Shown here piece by piece: positions 39,721 through 50,200 of a stretch of 64,000 nt of DNA. The translations under genes and the position numbers were made by a program. Each line of letters opens with the position of its first letter. Position 1 is the first letter of the stretch. The stretch is from contig CAIKXY010000004.1 of NCBI GenBank assembly GCA_903831595.1, forward strand, positions 7,152 to 71,151, given 5' to 3'. Under the pieces are notes generated by a model, which saw only the letters and a program-made list of their open reading frames with translations, ran no database searches and was not told the DNA's origin. Source of the stretch: an uncultured bacterium (GTDB taxonomy: Bacteria > Patescibacteriota > Minisyncoccia > Phycocordibacterales > GWA1-40-21).

Positions 39721-39749
39721 TTGACTTTTAAAGATGGGCATGATAATAT
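39721..39749 (+). promoter_or_regulatory. candidate sigma70 promoter (TTGACT-17-TAATAT) overlapping the annotated ORF start at 39734
   Basis: TTGACT at 39721-39726 and TAATAT at 39744-39749. An upstream extended -10 (TGGTATAAT, about 39642) is immediately followed by a perfect palindrome ATATGGCTTAG/CTAAGCCATAT. Confidence 0.4.
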
Positions 39750-39781
39750 ATGTAGGAATCAGAGACATCTCTGATTTTTAT

Positions 39782-40258
39782 ATGATAGAACTTTTAACTA
39801 CTTCAGTTTTTGTACTTTCTTCAATCTATGGAGGACCTACAACTACTGCAGATGCGGGCATTGTAGCAACAACTACAGCACCAGGAGCAACAACAAGATT
39901 AGAAGAAAAGGCAACTAGCACGATAACAACAAGCAAGGAATTAGAAAAAAAAGTTAAAGCTTATTTTAAAGATGATCCAATACTTGTAGATATAGCTAGA
40001 TGCGAATCGAGATTTAGACAATTAGATTCAAACGGAAACATTTTAAGGGGATTAATCAATAAAGGCGACTTAGGTATAATGCAGATAAATGAATATTATC
40101 ATGCAGATAAGGCAGCCAAACTAGGTTATAATCTTAAAACAGTTGATGGTAACCTAGCTTATGCAAAGTACTTGTATAACAAAGAAGGTGTTCAGCCATG
40201 GATTTCGTCATCAAAGTGTTGGAATCAAACAGGAGATGAAGTTGCTCTAAATAGATAA
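39782..40258 (+). CDS. lytic transglycosylase-like (lysozyme-fold) secreted protein
   Basis: Start moved to an internal ATG (MIELLTTS...) because the track start lies inside the promoter. Motifs ARCESRFRQ and GIMQINEYYH resemble the SLT catalytic region. Confidence 0.5.
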   Translation: MIELLTTSVFVLSSIYGGPTTTADAGIVATTTAPGATTRLEEKATSTITTSKELEKKVKAYFKDDPILVDIARCESRFRQLDSNGNILRGLINKGDLGIMQINEYYHADKAAKLGYNLKTVDGNLAYAKYLYNKEGVQPWISSSKCWNQTGDEVALNR

Positions 40259-40447
40259 TTTAATAATAAAAATAAAAGACTTCCAGTAAAAATGCTGGGA
40301 GTTTTTTATTTGAATAGATTAATATTAATTATGATTTAGATAGTTATATTGATGGGGAGTGGCAGATTTGTATATTATGTATGTGTCGCACAATATATCT
40401 TTGCGACACTATATAGGTACACCCTCTAGAGTACAATATAACAAAAC

Positions 40448-40472
40448 AAAAGACCGCTGATGTGGTCTTTTG
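40448..40472. terminator. bidirectional terminator hairpin
   Basis: AAAGACC-gctgatgt-GGTCTTT with flanking A-rich and T-rich tracts. Confidence 0.45.
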
Positions 40473-40495
40473 TAATAAATATACTATGAGCTTCT

Positions 40496-40753
40496 CTATT
40501 GAACTCCAAGTGCAGATAAACCCCCCTGTAAAGTTTTCCAGAGTATTCCTAAGACAATTTTATCCCAGAAAAAAGTAAACGGCACTGAAAGATAGTGCGT
40601 CCAAATATTTGATATAAAGTTCCACGCTGTGTGTAAATTTGACTGAACTGTTTGCCCATTAATAATGTCACCAACATTAAAACCAAAATAACCTAAAATG
40701 ATTAGTGCTATAACGATAACTATAATAGTTTTTATTAATCCTTGTTTAGTCAT
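40496..40753 (-). CDS. small membrane protein (hypothetical)
   Basis: 85 aa with one N-terminal TM helix. Confidence 0.35.
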   Translation of the reverse strand: MTKQGLIKTIIVIVIALIILGYFGFNVGDIINGQTVQSNLHTAWNFISNIWTHYLSVPFTFFWDKIVLGILWKTLQGGLSALGVQ

Positions 40754-40806
40754 AATTTTTATTTAAATAATTATTAATCTAACTTACCTATTATTTTACA
40801 ACTTTA

Positions 40807-42102
40807 TTAAAGATACTGCAACGGATCAAGATACGCTCTTAAATCGGCGACTGGCATAGTATACGTTCCATTACAAACATTACTTTTTCTACTCATTATT
40901 TTAACTCCTTGAGTAGCATAAAGACCAAAATGTAAATGCGGGCCAGTACTAAAGCCTGTATTGCCAGAATAGCCTATGACATCGCCAGTAGTCACTATAT
41001 CCCCTGCTGAAACCTTGATAAGTGAAAGGTGCCCATATAAAGTTGAAAGCCCATTATTGTGTTCAATAAAAACCCACTGCCCAAAAGATGCTCCAGGGCA
41101 AACTGAATCTGTGTTACCAGTGCCTTTTATAACACCACTTAAAGCAGCCTTAACTGAGGTACCAATTGATGCAGAAAAATCAACACCATTATGTCCTTGT
41201 CCATTATATGCATTCGTAGTTTTAGAAAAATCTGTAATTCCAAATTTCTGAGTAATTTTTATTGAATCCAGTGGCCATGATAAAATTCCTTTTCCAATAT
41301 GAGGTATAGCATTCAAATCCATTGTAAACTTAAGCTGTGACTCAAACATCAACAATTCATTATCAAAAGCATCAGCGAGAGTCTTTTTATCTGAAAGTAA
41401 TTTTTTGTATGCAGTTTCTGAATTCTTAGTATCAGCAAGTAATTTATTTTTTTCTTTCTTGGTGATGGCAAGAACACTTTTTTTATCAAGCAATGTAGCT
41501 TTCAATTTTAGCAAATCAGCTTTTTTCTTTTCAGCAAGCTTTTTGTTATTTTCTAAAATAGTTTTTGTATCCCTTGTCTCATTAATCTTTTCTCTAATCT
41601 GATTTTGGACAAGAAAAATATTTTGCTGTTCATTCCAAAATTCAGAAAGATTTTTATATGTTAATAAGTTTTCAATAGTAGAAGAATTGTCATAATTATT
41701 AATTTGTTTAACAAGTATTGAGATTGCTTCAGTGTCTTTGTTAATTAAATCAATATTTTTTTCAATGTTTAGTGATAAAGAATCTATTTCAAGAGAAGTT
41801 GAATTAATATTGTTTTGAGTAAGCTTTATGTCTAGTGCGTTTTTATTTATTGTAGCATCGAGAGATTTAATAGTATTTTTTAATGATACAGCTTGTTGAC
41901 CGATATCTTTCAATTGCTGCTCGTATTGAGCAATTTCTTGTTCTATCTGAATTTTATTTGAAGTAATTTGCTGAATCTGTAATTTTATTTCATCAGATGA
42001 TATTGAATTAACTATTTTATAATTTATAAGTAAAAACGTCAGGAAAATAATTCCAAAAAATAATTTTATTGATAAATATTTTGACTTTTTATTAAAAAAC
42101 AT
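40807..42102 (-). CDS. M23 family metallopeptidase (LytM domain) with N-terminal coiled coil, EnvC/NlpD-like
   Basis: HNGVDFSA...YGHLS...GNTGFSTGPHLHFGLY metal-binding motifs. A long coiled-coil N-region with a TM anchor. Confidence 0.85.
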   Translation of the reverse strand: MFFNKKSKYLSIKLFFGIIFLTFLLINYKIVNSISSDEIKLQIQQITSNKIQIEQEIAQYEQQLKDIGQQAVSLKNTIKSLDATINKNALDIKLTQNNINSTSLEIDSLSLNIEKNIDLINKDTEAISILVKQINNYDNSSTIENLLTYKNLSEFWNEQQNIFLVQNQIREKINETRDTKTILENNKKLAEKKKADLLKLKATLLDKKSVLAITKKEKNKLLADTKNSETAYKKLLSDKKTLADAFDNELLMFESQLKFTMDLNAIPHIGKGILSWPLDSIKITQKFGITDFSKTTNAYNGQGHNGVDFSASIGTSVKAALSGVIKGTGNTDSVCPGASFGQWVFIEHNNGLSTLYGHLSLIKVSAGDIVTTGDVIGYSGNTGFSTGPHLHFGLYATQGVKIMSRKSNVCNGTYTMPVADLRAYLDPLQYL

Positions 42103-42113
42103 TTTGGTAAAAA

Positions 42114-43526
42114 CTATATGGATTCAACTGCCTTTTTTATCCTATTTATAGATTCATTTTTACCTAAAACAAATAAAAGAGTAAATGGATCGGGTGATTT
42201 TTCCTTGCCTGACAAAGCAACTCTTAAAGGCCAGAGCACGTTCCCCTTCCCTTTCTCGTCCGCAAATTTCATGAGTTTTTCTTTTAATTTTTCTAAATCA
42301 AAATCTTTATCAGAAATTTTATTTAAAATATCAGAAATTAAAGATAAATTTTCTTTTGCCTGTTCTATTGTTCCCCCTTTTTTCCAAACAATCATTTCTT
42401 TTGAAATAACCGGCATTTCAAAATAATATTGTATATCTCCATCCACCACCATTTTATCTATATCTGAAAAAATATTTATTCTTTCAACTACTAAATCAGA
42501 AATCTTATTAATAATTTTTTCATCCTGAAATTCCTTTGGAAATCTATTTTTAATTTCAGTAATAATCCTCTCTTTTGGAAATTTCTTTATATATTCTTTG
42601 TTAAACCAAAGCAACTTTTCCATGTTAAAAATTGCGCCTGCTTTTTGCACTTTTGAAATATTAAATAACTTAATTAATTCATCAATGCTAAAAATTTCTT
42701 GCTCTGTTCCTGAATTCCACCCAACCAAAGATAAAAAATTTGAAAAAGCTTCTGGAATATATCCCATTCTTTCATAATATTTTACAGATGTCATTTCACC
42801 ATGTTTTCTTTTTGAAAGTTTAGCCCTATCTTCAGCAAGTATTAATGGTAGATGTGCATAAATAGGTATTGGAGCCCCAATAGCTTCTTGGATAAGAATG
42901 TGCCTGGGTGTATTTGATATATGGTCTTCGCCACGAATTATATGAGTCACACCCATTTCAAAATCATCAATAACAACTACTAAATGGAAAATTGGTTCAT
43001 CAAAACTTTTTGCTATCACAAAATCTCCAAGATCTGTTGTGTCAAATTCTATTTCCCCTCTTATAAGATCTTTAAATTTGACTTTTTTATTTGGATTTTT
43101 AAATCTTATTACTTCATTTCGCAAATTTATTACTTGATCCATACCGCCTTTTCTTTCTTTATTTAGATCAATAATTTCTTTTGAAATATATGCCTTTCCT
43201 TCTGCAATAAGTTTTTCTATATATTTTTTATATATACTTCCTCTTTCAGACTGGTGATAAAGTTCATCATACGAAAACCCTAACCATTTCATTCCACTTA
43301 AAATATCATCTTCGTATTCCTTTTTTGATCTTTCTTTATCAGTATCCTCTATTCTTAATATTAATTTACCTTTATGTTGCTTAGCAAAAATATAATTATA
43401 AAGCGCAACCCTTGCACTTCCAACGTGAAAAAGACCAGTAGGACTTGGTGCAAATCTAACAACAATATTTTCTCCTATTAAATTATTTTTCATGTTGTAA
43501 ACCAATTTTAATAATTTCTCGTGCAA
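42114..43526 (-). CDS. gltX: glutamate--tRNA ligase
   Basis: HIGH motif (PSPTGLFHVG) and KMSKS motif (KLSKRK). The start may be an internal ATG near 43493 (MKNNLIGENIVVRF...), which would reduce the overlap with murG. Confidence 0.88.
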   Translation of the reverse strand: MHEKLLKLVYNMKNNLIGENIVVRFAPSPTGLFHVGSARVALYNYIFAKQHKGKLILRIEDTDKERSKKEYEDDILSGMKWLGFSYDELYHQSERGSIYKKYIEKLIAEGKAYISKEIIDLNKERKGGMDQVINLRNEVIRFKNPNKKVKFKDLIRGEIEFDTTDLGDFVIAKSFDEPIFHLVVVIDDFEMGVTHIIRGEDHISNTPRHILIQEAIGAPIPIYAHLPLILAEDRAKLSKRKHGEMTSVKYYERMGYIPEAFSNFLSLVGWNSGTEQEIFSIDELIKLFNISKVQKAGAIFNMEKLLWFNKEYIKKFPKERIITEIKNRFPKEFQDEKIINKISDLVVERINIFSDIDKMVVDGDIQYYFEMPVISKEMIVWKKGGTIEQAKENLSLISDILNKISDKDFDLEKLKEKLMKFADEKGKGNVLWPLRVALSGKEKSPDPFTLLFVLGKNESINRIKKAVESI

Positions 43527-44613
43527 TCAAATCTGAAGCATCAGTTTTAATAAAATTTTTAGCTGCTTCGCTCATTTTTTGTGATATTTTTTTGTCATCA
43601 ATTATTCTTATAATTTCTGATAACAAGATATTAGGAGAAAGATTAGACTCCTCAATGACAACTGCGCCACCGGATCGGGCGTAATTGTAAGCATTTTGAC
43701 GCTGGTGATCACCATTTGTTTCTGTAATTGGAATGATAATACTTGGAACACCCCAAGTAGCTATTTCAAAAATCGCGGAGCCAGCACGTGAAATGATAAG
43801 GTTTGATGCACCCGCTGTCATACTCATATTTAAATTATCTAAATAATCAAAAGTCCTGTATCTATTTTTATATTGGTTGTTTGTCAAAATCACATCTGCG
43901 GTAGCATTTACTTCCAGAATATTATCCTTACCAGTCTGGTGCAACACATAATATTTTTCTACAAGACTATTTAAAATACTTAGTATCTTTTCATTAATAA
44001 TTTTTGCTCCAAGAGACCCGCCTAAAATTAGCACTGCTGGAATATTTTCATCCAGCTTTAAATATTGTCTAGCGTCATCTTTTGTAGGAATCATCTTTAT
44101 ATTATTTCTAACAGGGTTTCCAGTAACTGCTACCTTCATTTTGTCAAAAAACTGGCTTGCTTCAGAATAAGAAACGGCAATCCTCTTTGCAAATTTCCCA
44201 GCCCAAAGATTGGTTCTACCTGGTACACTATCAGACTCATGAATTATCACAGGTATTCTCAATAATTTAGCGGCTACTAATACTGGGAAACTTGAATAAG
44301 CACCTTTACTAAAAATTACGTCAGGGTAAATGTTAAAAACCTTGAAGGTCGCACCAATTATCCCAAAAAATGTTTTAAATAAATCAAAAAAATTTTGTAA
44401 AGAAAAATATGTCCTCATTTTACCTGCAGAAATATTTATATATTCAATATTATTTTCAAGCAACATGTCTACATCATGGGGCGAATCTGACATATAATAA
44501 AGCTTAATAGGAAGAAGCTTTTCTTCTTTTACTATTTGATTAATTTTTTCTGCAACTGCAATAAGTGGATAAAAATGCCCACCTGTTCCACCACCTGTCA
44601 ATAATATTTTCAT
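43483..44613 (-). CDS. murG: undecaprenyldiphospho-muramoylpentapeptide beta-N-acetylglucosaminyltransferase
   Basis: Starts MKILLTGGGTGGHFYPLIAV. GT28 N- and C-domains. Confidence 0.9.
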   Translation of the reverse strand: MKILLTGGGTGGHFYPLIAVAEKINQIVKEEKLLPIKLYYMSDSPHDVDMLLENNIEYINISAGKMRTYFSLQNFFDLFKTFFGIIGATFKVFNIYPDVIFSKGAYSSFPVLVAAKLLRIPVIIHESDSVPGRTNLWAGKFAKRIAVSYSEASQFFDKMKVAVTGNPVRNNIKMIPTKDDARQYLKLDENIPAVLILGGSLGAKIINEKILSILNSLVEKYYVLHQTGKDNILEVNATADVILTNNQYKNRYRTFDYLDNLNMSMTAGASNLIISRAGSAIFEIATWGVPSIIIPITETNGDHQRQNAYNYARSGGAVVIEESNLSPNILLSEIIRIIDDKKISQKMSEAAKNFIKTDASDLIAREIIKIGLQHEK

Positions 44614-44622
44614 AATAAAATT

Positions 44623-45738
44623 TTAAGCTTTAAATACTTTACTAAACTTAGACACGTTCAATACTATTCCCATTTCAAGTAAAACCAAAAGCATTGCTGT
44701 ACCACCTTGACTAAAAAATGCTAGAGGTAAACCCGAAAAAGGTATAATACCAAGAACTGAAGCCATATTTGTAAAAGACTGCAGTACTGTAAGTATAACA
44801 ATTCCAACCACCAAAAGTCCACCAAAAATATCGGGTGATCTGATTGCAATTCTAAAACCCCGAAAGCAAAAAAATAAGAATATAATAATAATGGCGACAC
44901 ATGCAACGAAGCCACCCTCTTCAGCAAGAACTGCAAAAATAGTGTCACTTATAGATTCTGGTAAGAATTTATACTTTTGTACACTTTGGCCAAGTCCTTT
45001 TCCAAAAAACTGGCCAGAACCGACAGCAATTAATGATTGTTGAACTTGATAACCAGATGTTTGAGAATTTGCCCCAGGATTTATAAAAGTTTCAATTCTT
45101 GACATAACATATGGTCGTGTAAATGCAAGAAAAGCAATAACTGCGACTCCAAGTGCACCGAGTATCAAAACATGTTTTACTTTCCCCCCTGCCACAAGAA
45201 ACATAGTGGTACAAGTAGCAGCAATAATTAAGAATGAATCAGTATCGGGCTGGCTTAATAAAATTAAACCGGAAATTGCGATAAAAACCAATAATGGAAT
45301 AAAACCAAACTTTAATGTAGAAACTTTTTCTTTTACTGAAGAGAGCCACGCTGACCAATAAATAATAAAACCAAGATTTAAAATCGTAACTGGCTGAAAA
45401 GAAAAACCAAAAACAGAAATCCATCGTTTTGCAAATGAGTTAAGATTTGTACCAATATGTGGCACAAAGACAAGTGCTGTTAAAATAATAGACCCAATAA
45501 AAATTACTAGTGCGTATTTTTTGTAAATTCTATAATCAATTTTTGAAAAAACAAAACACGCAAGTAAACCGAAAACTATCCCAAAAAATAACTGTTTTAA
45601 TGCAACAGATGTAAATTGCACACTATCTTTCGCTAAAATTCCCATTGAGGCTGATATAAAAATTACAAAACCAAAAATCAAAAGGGCTATCACGATACCC
45701 AAAAATACTTTATCAATATTTTTTTTAGTTCCTGTCAT
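44623..45738 (-). CDS. ftsW: FtsW/RodA/SpoVE (SEDS) family peptidoglycan glycosyltransferase
   Basis: About 10 TM helices and conserved SEDS motifs (GSGQFFGKGLG). Confidence 0.85.
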   Translation of the reverse strand: MTGTKKNIDKVFLGIVIALLIFGFVIFISASMGILAKDSVQFTSVALKQLFFGIVFGLLACFVFSKIDYRIYKKYALVIFIGSIILTALVFVPHIGTNLNSFAKRWISVFGFSFQPVTILNLGFIIYWSAWLSSVKEKVSTLKFGFIPLLVFIAISGLILLSQPDTDSFLIIAATCTTMFLVAGGKVKHVLILGALGVAVIAFLAFTRPYVMSRIETFINPGANSQTSGYQVQQSLIAVGSGQFFGKGLGQSVQKYKFLPESISDTIFAVLAEEGGFVACVAIIIIFLFFCFRGFRIAIRSPDIFGGLLVVGIVILTVLQSFTNMASVLGIIPFSGLPLAFFSQGGTAMLLVLLEMGIVLNVSKFSKVFKA

Positions 45739-45739
45739 C

Positions 45740-46813
45740 TTAAATTTTAATCAAAGCCAAAATTACTCCAAAAATTGCGCAAACAATACTCACAATCCAA
45801 TACCTCATTGTAACTTTATATGCTGGCCAACCAACTGCTTCAAAATGATGGTGAACGGGTGCTACAAGAAAAACTTTTTTACCATGCCTAAATTTCTTGG
45901 AAATAACCTGAACAATTACAGACAACGACGTAATAACTAATGGTAAGGCTATTACAGGCAATACCGCAATTCCCTTTCCTTCACCCATAGAATCGGTCAT
46001 AAAAGCAACAATAGAAAGTGTTATTGCAAGTGCCATACTTCCAGTTTCAGACATGTAAAATCTAGCTGGTGAAATATTAAACCACAAGAAGGCCAAAATT
46101 GACCCGACAACGACCGCACAGAAAGCCGCAAGGTTAATTTGATTTTGAAAGAAAGCGATTCCTGCATATGCAGCAAAAATTGCAGCAAAAACACCGCCAG
46201 CAAGTCCATCTATTCCATCAATAACTCCCCCAGAATAAATAAATAAAGTCACTAAAACAAAAATAGGAATAAATAATATCCCAAAATTAATTCCTCCCAA
46301 AAATGGAATACTAATTGTGTTAACGTCCAATTTAAAATAAAACCAGAGTGCAATTAAAAAAGAAATTATGCTTACAAAAAACAATCTTTTTTTAAGTGAA
46401 AGACCACCAGCATAATTTCCACCTGCCCCCTTTATTTCTAAAATATCATCTATCAAACCGACTAATGCGCCTAAAATAAGAACACATAGAGGAATCCATG
46501 TTTGATCTCTGCTTAAAAAATCTAGTTTTATAAATGTTCCATCAAAAATTTTTGCAAGTAGCCAAAATGCTGCTGTGGTTATAAAAGCTGAAGCCCAAAT
46601 GACAATACCTCCCATTCTCGGTGTACTGACTTCCCTATCGGCATGCAAACTATTAAAAATAGGTGTTCCTCCTCCATCAATAGAGACAGTTTTAACCTTC
46701 TTCTTCCACATTTTATATTTATAAAGATATTTTGTAAGTAATGGAGTACCAAGCATCCCAATAATGAAAGCTATAACTGAAGGTAATATCACTTTGATTA
46801 AATTTATTGTCAT
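45740..46813 (-). CDS. mraY: phospho-N-acetylmuramoyl-pentapeptide-transferase
   Basis: Motifs DDILEIKG...GLIDD and VIDGIDGLAGG, plus HHHFE. Confidence 0.92.
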   Translation of the reverse strand: MTINLIKVILPSVIAFIIGMLGTPLLTKYLYKYKMWKKKVKTVSIDGGGTPIFNSLHADREVSTPRMGGIVIWASAFITTAAFWLLAKIFDGTFIKLDFLSRDQTWIPLCVLILGALVGLIDDILEIKGAGGNYAGGLSLKKRLFFVSIISFLIALWFYFKLDVNTISIPFLGGINFGILFIPIFVLVTLFIYSGGVIDGIDGLAGGVFAAIFAAYAGIAFFQNQINLAAFCAVVVGSILAFLWFNISPARFYMSETGSMALAITLSIVAFMTDSMGEGKGIAVLPVIALPLVITSLSVIVQVISKKFRHGKKVFLVAPVHHHFEAVGWPAYKVTMRYWIVSIVCAIFGVILALIKI

Positions 46814-46902
46814 TGTTTTATATTATTTATATTTTTATTATAACTCCAAATCTGAGTGCTGCTTTTCATAACACATCACTTTGAATCGAAACTTCCAATT
46901 GA

Positions 46903-47262
46903 TTATGGGGTTATCTTTTTCAATAGCAATTGGAACAAAGCGTAAAAATCTTTTTGGACTTCGGCTGAATCTTTTGCTTTTGTAAAAATCTGCCAAGATT
47001 CTAGAATTTGTTTATCATTTAAACTTCTCACAGCATTCTCTAGCTGTAATCTATCATCAAATGAAACTTCCTTTGAACCACCCAAAACTTTATCCATAAA
47101 AAGCTGAGTAAAATTTAATATGTCAGCATTTACCTTTTGATTAGAAGCCTTTGTTTTCAAATCTCTTACTGACATTTTGGCAGAAATAAACATCCAAGCA
47201 AAAAACACATTGCTTATCAATAAAACTATTACTATTATCCATAAAACTTTTGTTTTTTGCAT
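46903..47262 (-). CDS. small bitopic membrane protein (possible FtsL/DivIC-like division protein; hypothetical)
   Basis: 119 aa with a single N-terminal TM helix. Located between the giant surface gene and mraY. Confidence 0.3.
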   Translation of the reverse strand: MQKTKVLWIIVIVLLISNVFFAWMFISAKMSVRDLKTKASNQKVNADILNFTQLFMDKVLGGSKEVSFDDRLQLENAVRSLNDKQILESWQIFTKAKDSAEVQKDFYALFQLLLKKITP

Positions 47263-47271
47263 TTTGATGTG

Positions 47272-50200
47272 CTAATTATATAATAAATTTTTTCTTTTAT
47301 CACCCTTACCACGACGAATAGTAAAAATGGTGCCAATATAAACCAACGCTACAAAAATACCTAATAATAAAATGTTTTGTAAGTTAAGTATTTTTGCTAC
47401 AGAAAATATCGCCTTTAATTCAAGATTCATAAATACCCCTTTGCTCTCATCCACCTGGAATGGATCTCCTTTGTAATCTACGTACCCGTCAAGATGTGCT
47501 GTCATATAATATATACCAGCAGGGACAAGGAATGAGTATCTGCCTGTTACATCCGTCGTCTGTGGATTGGTTTGTCTATAATCTTTTGCTGGCCATAATT
47601 CATAATTTTTTGTCTTTGGATTTTGCCAATAAATAGATACTTCAACGTTATTCAAACGAGTTTCTTTTCCATCTGATTGTTTTTCATAAACATACCCCTC
47701 TGGGTCCACCAAAACGACCATGCTTATTTTTTCTGGAGCTTTTGACGCTGCTTTGAAATTGACGACTGTCCTCAATTCATATTGACCAATTGCAAGTGGT
47801 GATGCAACATCTGCTGTCCAAATACCATCGACATTTTCTTTATAATTAAATTTGGTCAAAACAAGATCTGTTTCACTTGTAATTCCTGAGTCATTTGTTT
47901 GAGTACCCTGACTTTCACCAATTATTGTACTTGCGACTGTTGCGACTTGTGAAAGAGTAGATTTCTTTGAAACAGCATTTGATTTGAATATAATATAACC
48001 TTGAATATTTTTTGCTGGTGCTGTTGGTTTTACAATAAGCTTCATTGTCTGGCCTTGGATTGTATTTAGGGTTTGTAATGCCAAACCATCATTTCCGATT
48101 GAAAGTTTTACATTCAAGTCTATCTTTTCATCTTGCGTTCTTGCAAAAACTATACCTGTAGGTATTTTAGCTTTTTGTGTATCAGATAAGCTAGCTATTG
48201 GTAAAGTATTTGAAGATAGTGTAGCTGCTTCCGTAATACCTGGTAATGATATAGGATTTGCATTCAACTTTAATATGGAATTCATATTATTTACTCCAAT
48301 TTTACTCAAAGCCGAACTTACTTCAGGAAACTTAGAAACAATATCCGTGTAATCACTTGGGAGTTTGGTATTAATTAAATCTGTCAAAGAAGAAGGAGTT
48401 ATAATTTTCCACGAATTTAATATTGCAAATGGCGCGACGGAAGGGAGTGTTGTCTTAACTTCAGTAAGTGCAAGTGGTTCTATTTTCTTTGGTGGAAGAA
48501 TTACCGTAAGAATATCAGCAGTTGTACTTGCTATGTTTCCGACAATACTTTGCGTTGTATTTGATATACTATTTATTATAGAAACAGTAGAAAGAGTAAT
48601 TGATTGGGACACTGCTGGTGAAGAAATTCCTTGTGCATCTAGAAATTTAGCATAAACATAATATTTTCCGTCTGGACATGTTGTACTATTTTGACATAAA
48701 TCATAAGTGGTTGTTGTTATATTATTTGCGGAATATGGAATGGTAACAGTATTTGTGAAATCTGGATTATTGGAAAAGATTATTGCAGTTGCACTACCAA
48801 GCTGATCTGTAGAAAATTGCAAAGTTACTTTTCTGTCATCTGTTGTCCATGCTCCACCGTTTATAGATACGGAATATCTTGGAGAGGATGAACCACCTCC
48901 AGATATAGAACTGAGTGATGAGCTTGCAGTTGTATAATTTTTTCTTCCTGATGGTACTGCATATGTCATATGTGTAGCAGAGGATGACGTGTCTTTATTA
49001 CCAAGATAATCCTGACATGCTATATAGACATTCTTAGGTCCTGGAGTCCCAAGAGTAGGTAGTATACAAGACATTTGTATTCCATTATTTACAGAACAAG
49101 ATACTCCAGAGGACATTTGATCATACGATTGCGCTGTATCGGAAACTACAAGACGACAATCTCCTACTTTACTCAAAGTAAATGTGACTAGATTTCCAGT
49201 ATAAATATTTGAATTATCAACAGGACTAATGTTTGAAATTGTAGCTAGTGTTTTGTCTATATTAATTATTCTAGAAACTATTGTTTGAATATTTCCAGCA
49301 TTATCAATAGAAGAATATCTGAAATAATTTGTACCTCCATTTGAAACAACTACTGATGCAACATAGCTAATGCTTGGTGTACAGGTATTAGCGTTATCAA
49401 TACAATAACTGGTAGTTGCAATTCCGGATGTTGTATCAGCTGGATTTAAGGTAATTGTAATATTACTATTTGTCCATGCGCTGTATGTATAAGGTTGGGT
49501 TTGACTTGTCACAGCTGTATCTGTTGTCATTGGTGCAACAGTATCTATCTTTACAATCCTACTGACCGTGGTTTGTATATTGTTAGCATTATCTTCTGAT
49601 GCATAACGGAAATATGAAATACCTTCAAATGGTATAACTACTGGAGCAGAATAATCTGTACCATCAGCTGGAGAGCATGTGTTATTTGTATCAACACAAT
49701 ATCTAGTCCATAAAATTCCAGAACTTGGTGCAGGATCATTTGGTGTCAAAGTAATTGTCTGATTGCCATTTACCCAAATATTATTGTTTGTAAAATTATC
49801 AGATGTATTTGGTGCTGTTTTGTCTACATGTCTATGTCCTGTTATTATTTGTCCTGAATTACCAGCGATATCAACTGGGAAATATTTCAAAACATAATCT
49901 CCTTCTGATGTAATAGTAAACTGCCAGCTTGATGATGCCTCTACATATTGTGATGCAAGACTTGGATTTGTATTATCAGTTGTATAGTAAATTCTGTAAC
50001 AACCAGAACCAACTACTCCATCATCACAGGTGAAAGTAACTGTGCTTGCATTTGCAAAAGTAGATGTTGCAACAGTTACTGTTGGTAATTGATTATCAAA
50101 CTTCAAGTCATTTGAATCTGTATATATACTGGTAGTGTTTCCTGCAAAATCATTTGCTTTATATCTCAGTACAGAATCACCTTCTGTAGAGTACGTAAAT